From: Raillietiella orientalis
Lineage: Eukaryota
NCBI GenBank assembly: GCA_036172245.1
Contig: JAYWIR010000013.1
Span: forward strand, 1,984,001 to 2,048,000
Length of the DNA stretch: 64,000 nucleotides
Direction of reading: 5' to 3'
The stretch's first letter is position 1. Every line of letters begins with the position of its first letter. This document shows, in pieces, positions 60,101 through 64,000 of the stretch. The position numbers and the translations under genes were made by a program. The notes under the pieces were generated by a model. That model was not told the origin of the DNA. It was given only the letters and a program-made list of their open reading frames with translations, and did no database searches.

Positions 60101-63100
60101 ATGGTCCGGCGTTCTCCCTTCTGGCTCGTGCGAGCAAGCAAGGGGGAGCGTCCATCCAACTCCAAGGTTCCGAATCGCAAAAGCAAAGAATCGCAAGCCT
60201 CACAGTGCCATGAGAGGGGGACGCAAAGACGGATTTGGGTTCGGCAAAGGCGCTTCTGAATCGAAGCCTACCTATCCGATGGGACTCTTCGGCCCCATCG
60301 GATAGGTAGGCTTGCACCCAGAGGGAGGTGGGGTGGTGGATCTGCCCCTCCCGGGTTGTGCTTTCAGAGGCTCCATCGAGATTTTAGACGAAGGGCCACT
60401 GGAGCGTGGGGCACGCGATTATTCATATTGGTATTCCCCGACCTCGTGGGGAGGGGGCAAGGACTGGAGGCCCACAATCCAGGAGCTGATGCGAACAAGT
60501 CGGGAAATGCTGTACCTCTTGTGGCGAATGCAAACCACCACTCTTTAAAAAGGAGAGAGAGAGAGAGGTCTTGTTTCTGCCTTTCGATCAGAGCGATCAT
60601 CGCGAAAGCAGTGACCACGCGCGTACGGTGTCTCCCTTCCGGTCGAGTGTTCACAGGGATCGTCGTTAGCGACTGAGGGAGGCTCCCGAAGTGGAGGATG
60701 AGAAAAAAAGGCGTCTCCCCAGCTCCGCGGGGTGTGGAACGAAGTTGGGTGGCACGGAGTGTCCGTTCGTGCCGTTGTTGCACGCGCCTCTGCTCAGCCA
60801 AGGTCCTGCCGTTCCGATGCGTGCAGGTCCTTCTCCTTCAGGATTCGCCTCAAGGTCCTGCTCGCGTGGCGGCGGCTCGTGTGCTTTCCGACGCGGCCGG
60901 TCGGGACCCACCCTTCGCCATGCGAGCAGCCCGCTCGCCCTTAAATGGGCGAAAACGGAGGCGTTTCGTCGTCCAGCCACGATTCCCCGTCACGAAACTC
61001 CATCCGGTCACGTGTTTCCCCCGCGAAATGTGCCTCCCTCGGCTGGAAGCTCTTTCTTCGCCGGTCTGCGGAGCCAGGAAACGGAACTTCCCTCTTTCCC
61101 ATAGACCGTGTTCTGTGTTTCTCAGCTTTCTAAACGCCTATGTTATTCGTGAGCCAAAGCGCGTTGTAACTCTCTCTCGAAGCTGTTGCTGCAAACGTTG
61201 CATTCTTTTTTAATGCCAGGCGTGATCTAAATAATTTCATGATGTAAATAAATTCAACAACAAAAAACGAGGAACAAGGAGCAGTTAATTGCATGCAATT
61301 ATGTTAGGGAACGTGCACTGGGAGGAGTGTATCACGGTATGATTGTAATTTTGGATGTGTTGCTGAAATGGAAATCGAATGCGGAAATTTTTCCGATCTT
61401 CCCTCCATCCCGAATTTCGCTGCCGTTCGCCTCCCTTCGTTGTCCACCGTTTGCGTGCTTTCAGATGGCAGCTATTCCGACACGACTGCGGAGAACCGTC
61501 GTCTGTACATCAAAGAGAAGGAGCTCCATTCGGCCAGGCCGGCGAAGTTCAAGGGCGGTCTGGAGAAGAAGAGCAACTCGGCCACACAGTTGTCGACCAC
61601 TGGTAACACTTTTCTCCTACTGAACCTCAGGATGAGTTTCTCCCTCCGACCGGCTCCTTGCTGTTGCGTTCTTCCGGTCAGGCTTTCTCGTTCTCGTCTT
61701 TCCGAATCGCAAAAGCAGAACGCCTTCCGACGGCAGACCGAGGACTGGCAGGAGGGGGGCTGCGGTGAACTCCCGCGCCTCGCGCGCGTCGTCCCGGTCT
61801 CAGAATTCCCCGAACCCCCTCCCTTTCCCCCTACTCTGTCTGTCCTCCGAACTTCGCTCGAGGGCCGTCGCCTCCAGTCGTGATCTCGGCGGAGTCTCTG
61901 ACCCCTCTCTCTGATGCGCCTGGGCGTGTCCCCGAAAGGATTCGCATCTTCCTGAAATGACAAACCCGCTGCATCCCTTGCCTCCTCGTCCTCCTCCTCC
62001 CGCATCTCTTTCCCCGTTTTCGTTGTCGGGATTTGGTTTCCCTTTCCTTACTTCGAGTGCTTTGCGAACAGGACGCCGATCTCCCGCGCTTCCGGCGACT
62101 CTTTCGTCCCCTTCCCCTTCCGTGTCGCATCGCATTTTCGAACGCGCCGGTTTCTCCGTGCCGGTGCCCGCCTCCTGTGAGGCGTGGGGCAACAGCGCTC
62201 CTTCCACGGGAAAGAAGGGGAACAAAGATGGCGTCCCTCCGGAGTCCCGGAAGGTCCTGCAACGCGCCTGCTCTCCTTCCTCCTCGCCTCCACTTTCCCG
62301 CGGGTCGCCCACCTCTGGAACGAGTGGCTGCCGCTCCACCAGGCTCCAGGAAGAACTCGGGAAATCCAGGAATCCCGGATCACGCCTAAGGACCGGGGAC
62401 CGGTCGTCCTCGTCTCAAGGAAAGGAGAGGGAAGGTCCACAAGAGGAGGGGGTGGACGGAGACCTCCTCTCTGCCAGAGGCTACAGGAGGTTTTCGAACA
62501 TCCGGGTCGAGCAGCCTCACCCTCCTTTTAAGGGCGCGAGAGGCGGTCAGCTGCTTCATCGGCGGGGGGCTCAGCGGGCAGGTCGACAGCCTACACGGCG
62601 ATAGCAGGGCGAGATGCCGCGACACCGAGGCCAATCGGTCGTTGGGCCGCCTGCCCAAGGAGGGCACGTCCTTCTTGCAGCCTGCGTCTGGGGACGATCT
62701 CGTCTTTCACCTCTCTTTGGCAAGGCGGGCGAAACGGCCCGCCGTGCAGAAGGACAAGAGCAAGAAAAATGAAAATAAAAATGGCGGGTTCTGGAGTGGG
62801 CGCGGAGGGTCCTCAGGCCACTCCGTGATCTCCCCCTTCTCAAGGGGAAACAAGAGAAGCGAACAGGAGAGGAGAGAGGCGCTCCCGAAGAGGCAGGATC
62901 CCGAAGACGGGAACCTCCGAGTGACGCTGCGTCTCCTCGGGAGGGTTCCTGGACGAGGGAGGGGCATGCGTCCAGACTTGACCACCCCGCCTCTCTCAGA
63001 ACCACGCGAGCGTCAGCGACAAGCGTTTCGTCCCATGATGCTCGGGGAGTATTGAGACGACCCCCGCCTTCTCCCGGGGGACTTTCGAACTTTCCCGAGA

Positions 63101-63937
63101 TGTCTGCTCTTCCCCACCCCCTCTTCCCTCTCCCGTCTGCCTCCTTTCCCTCCCGCCCGAGCTGCCGCCAGCCACCGACAAACCCACTGCGCGCGCCGGT
63201 GGCTTTTCTTTTGTAACCAACTTCAAGTGACCTGGTTTCTGGAGTTTCCCGATGGTCTAGGTCACAGGAGGAGGATCGGATTTGGTCGTTGTAACAGAAG
63301 CTGTTTTACGGTCCACCGTAGCGAAGAGATCGCTCCCACTGCGACACTGCAACTGATTCAACAGTCTTCCAGCTGTTCCACTGACGGAGACGCTTGGGTC
63401 GATCCTACAGACAGGTCCAGTATCTCCTCTGACACCCTAAGGCTAATTTGAAACTCGCTGTCAAAAAAAAAAAAAAAAGATAGAAAGAAAGAAAAAGAAA
63501 AAAAAAAGAGAAACACACACACGTTGAGCGGTAGTAGTGCACGTCCTTAGTGCAGCTTCCTTGACGATGTAGCTTGAACTGTCTGTGTTTGCGATTGCCT
63601 CCTTTCCCTCCCCCGCCCCCCTTTCCCCTACGGGCATCCAGAACTACCGTTCCAGAGCCACCCTGAAGTGCCTGCCGCCGTGAGTGCGCGTTCGTCATTC
63701 CCTTTACTTTGAGAGAGAGAGAGAAAGAGAGAATGACTGTGAACTAATACTGCGCCTGCTTATAGTGATTTTAGTTCCAGTTTGTAGTGCCTTTTGTTTG
63801 TCAGATAGTGGTAGAAAGCATAGCGCTAGTAGTGGTATTCAAAGAAGTCAGGAAGTCTGTCCCAGTCCGAAACACTCATGGCTCATGAAAGCGGTACCGG
63901 GAAAACCGGATGACAGTTTCGTTCCAGAAACCGCCAA
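32668..63937 (+). CDS. Rim: RIM / unc-10 (regulating synaptic membrane exocytosis protein), 3'-incomplete (C2B outside window)
   Basis: Phase-consistent exons: 32668-32792, 33207-33411, 33873-34824, [35098-35165 or 35694-35839], 36369-36588, 38096-38266, 38329-38477, 44795-44925, 45065-45230, 49953-50033, 50200-50360, 56474-56596, 56667-56869, 56942-57128, 57405-57490, 61465-61602, [63261-63414 or 63805-63937]. Motifs: DLSHLTEEE, TCQICLKTQFADGVGH..CARCGGKV..WVCILCRKKQEL, RNDSLSSDQSECVRPPPPKPHK, PDZ LGLKVIGG..KVKKGSIAD..GDEVIEWNG, C2A RNPYAKLFLLPDRSEKSKRRTKT..LEITVWDY..FLGE..NDEEEWYSL, RQLPRIP, STQSER, DGSYSDT, KKSNSATQLS. Further linker exons may be missed. Confidence 0.93.
38700..39700 (-). 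mobile_element. Probable LINE ORF2 C-terminal relic in RIM intron
   Basis: Segment gactcctggccg..agcgagaRcgccgaccgcgcggtaggMggc.tgctgagc at ~38869-38918 recurs at ~40607-40663 inside the LINE 3' end there. Extent is uncertain. Confidence 0.35.
40410..40870 (-). mobile_element. LINE 3' end relic in RIM intron (copy G)
   Basis: Minus strand ends AATAAAcgtcccggcgcaccagggt, the same terminal signature as copies A-F. Upstream coding remnant QQASYRAVGALARWRP. Confidence 0.6.
42830..44400 (+). mobile_element. Possible Penelope-like relics in RIM intron
   Basis: GELRV*GPVSRRVFDEM..AQGYP (~42935-43015, thumb-like) and RAKKMCG..GHFLVQPR..LFSFALPLESL (~43920-44310, N-terminal RT-like). Weak, probably separate fragments. 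Confidence 0.3.
44433..44600 (-). repeat. Dispersed repeat (LINE 3' segment); other copies at ~48492-48560 and ~52830-53000
   Basis: ggtcggRgtaacggctgatgggggtg..ttcccgtc..gcctttcttcctKcaatcc..cgcgctctttgatttcRggacRgRg.cgcRgccat is shared by the copies (the 48.5 kb copy has only the ctctttgatttc half). Confidence 0.8.
45667..45692 (+). repeat. (TG)n microsatellite
   Basis: Direct reading of a perfect TG run. Confidence 0.95.
47460..47900 (-). mobile_element. Possible LINE ORF2 zf-RVT and 3' UTR remnant
   Basis: LLCFLTVGALAPTSDLLKSASPFPPCRKCRGATARSSFC followed on the minus strand by a T-rich UTR-like stretch. Confidence 0.35.
48686..48770 (-). mobile_element. tRNA-derived SINE head remnant
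   Basis: Minus strand gcgggTTCGAATcccgc forms a T-arm with B-box GGTTCGAATCC. Degenerate A-box upstream and no acceptor stem. Confidence 0.4.
49240..49900 (-). mobile_element. Penelope-like GIY-YIG C-terminal relic in RIM intron
   Basis: KKGFVGNS (YVGxT-like), KDNHEQ, and RAREQRSIACLRKPIIRGIIRDD (RxxREQxWIxxLxTxxPxGLN-like, ~49253-49322). Confidence 0.45.
52790..54455 (-). mobile_element. Decayed L1/Tx1-like ORF2 (RT) relic in RIM intron
   Basis: LRSAIAERKGWKAPGQDVLP (KAPGxDGLP), GEVPASCRQGEVT, VVVDLERTFDR (DxEKAFDR). Ends in the dispersed repeat also at 44433. Confidence 0.65.
54460..56450 (-). mobile_element. Decayed L1/Tx1-like ORF2 plus 3' UTR in RIM intron (copy H)
   Basis: YQNRPPSLL (NxRPISLL), GALSPFGHVLLQESL (GxPLSPxLF..EPL), CARC..PHLLSDC (zf-RVT), UTR hairpin 54563-54578, AATAAA (plus tttatt 54482-54487). 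Confidence 0.7.
58820..59255 (-). mobile_element. Internally deleted derivative of the copy D 5' UTR/ORF1 region
   Basis: Reverse complement aligns by eye to ~21720-21819 joined directly to 23032-~23385. The peptide SKGFVSRQASGSSALLGN appears in both ORF 21758-22018(-) and ORF 58702-59334(+). Confidence 0.85.
62150..62760 (+). mobile_element. Decayed L1/Tx1-like RT fragment in RIM intron
   Basis: GKKGNKDGVPPESRKV (GKSPGxDGLPxEFYK), VAHLWNEWL..VVLVSRKG, SARGYRRFSNI (DYKxFxKI), GRSRLSPLF (GxPLSPLLF). Confidence 0.5.
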
Positions 63938-64000
63938 GTAAGTCCAAAGCTTCGAAAAAAAAAAAAGAAAGAAAAAGTCATTTGCTTCATTCAATTCGAT

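Noticed and set aside
57600..61100. Further possible LINE endonuclease (57.6-58.3 kb) and Penelope RT (59.9-61.1 kb) remnants
   Set aside because: Motif matches were too weak to support by eye.
1..64000. CRISPR array, prokaryotic operon, endogenous virus or rRNA
   Set aside because: No regularly spaced repeats or recognisable viral or rRNA sequence. All genes carry spliceosomal introns.

Overview
Eukaryotic genomic DNA, almost certainly from an arthropod, judged from the RIM sequence; the PLC-delta gene argues against Diptera. There are three spliced protein-coding genes. (1) A mitochondrial thiamine pyrophosphate carrier (SLC25A19/Tpc1), minus strand, 6 exons, 314 aa. (2) A catalytically intact PLC-delta-type phospholipase C (PH-EF-X-Y-C2), minus strand, 14 exons, 749 aa, with a possible extra 5' exon 16 kb upstream. 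(3) The active-zone scaffold RIM/unc-10, plus strand, with Zn finger, PDZ and C2A in the window and C2B beyond it. RIM shows two candidate mutually exclusive exon pairs and two GC-AG introns. Much of the remaining DNA is retroelement debris of two kinds. Heavily decayed Penelope-like (RT + GIY-YIG) relics pave the AT-rich 0-17.5 kb domain and parts of RIM introns. A nest of L1/Tx1-clade LINE relics occupies 17.7-29.3 kb, with more in RIM introns. The 3' UTRs of those LINEs share a covarying CUGCGY-loop hairpin and a second hairpin placed right after the AATAAA, which is the best candidate here for an undescribed functional element. I found no CRISPR array, rRNA, intact tRNA or convincing wholly novel protein system. 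All exon structures and motif matches were read by eye and need RNA-seq or HMM confirmation.
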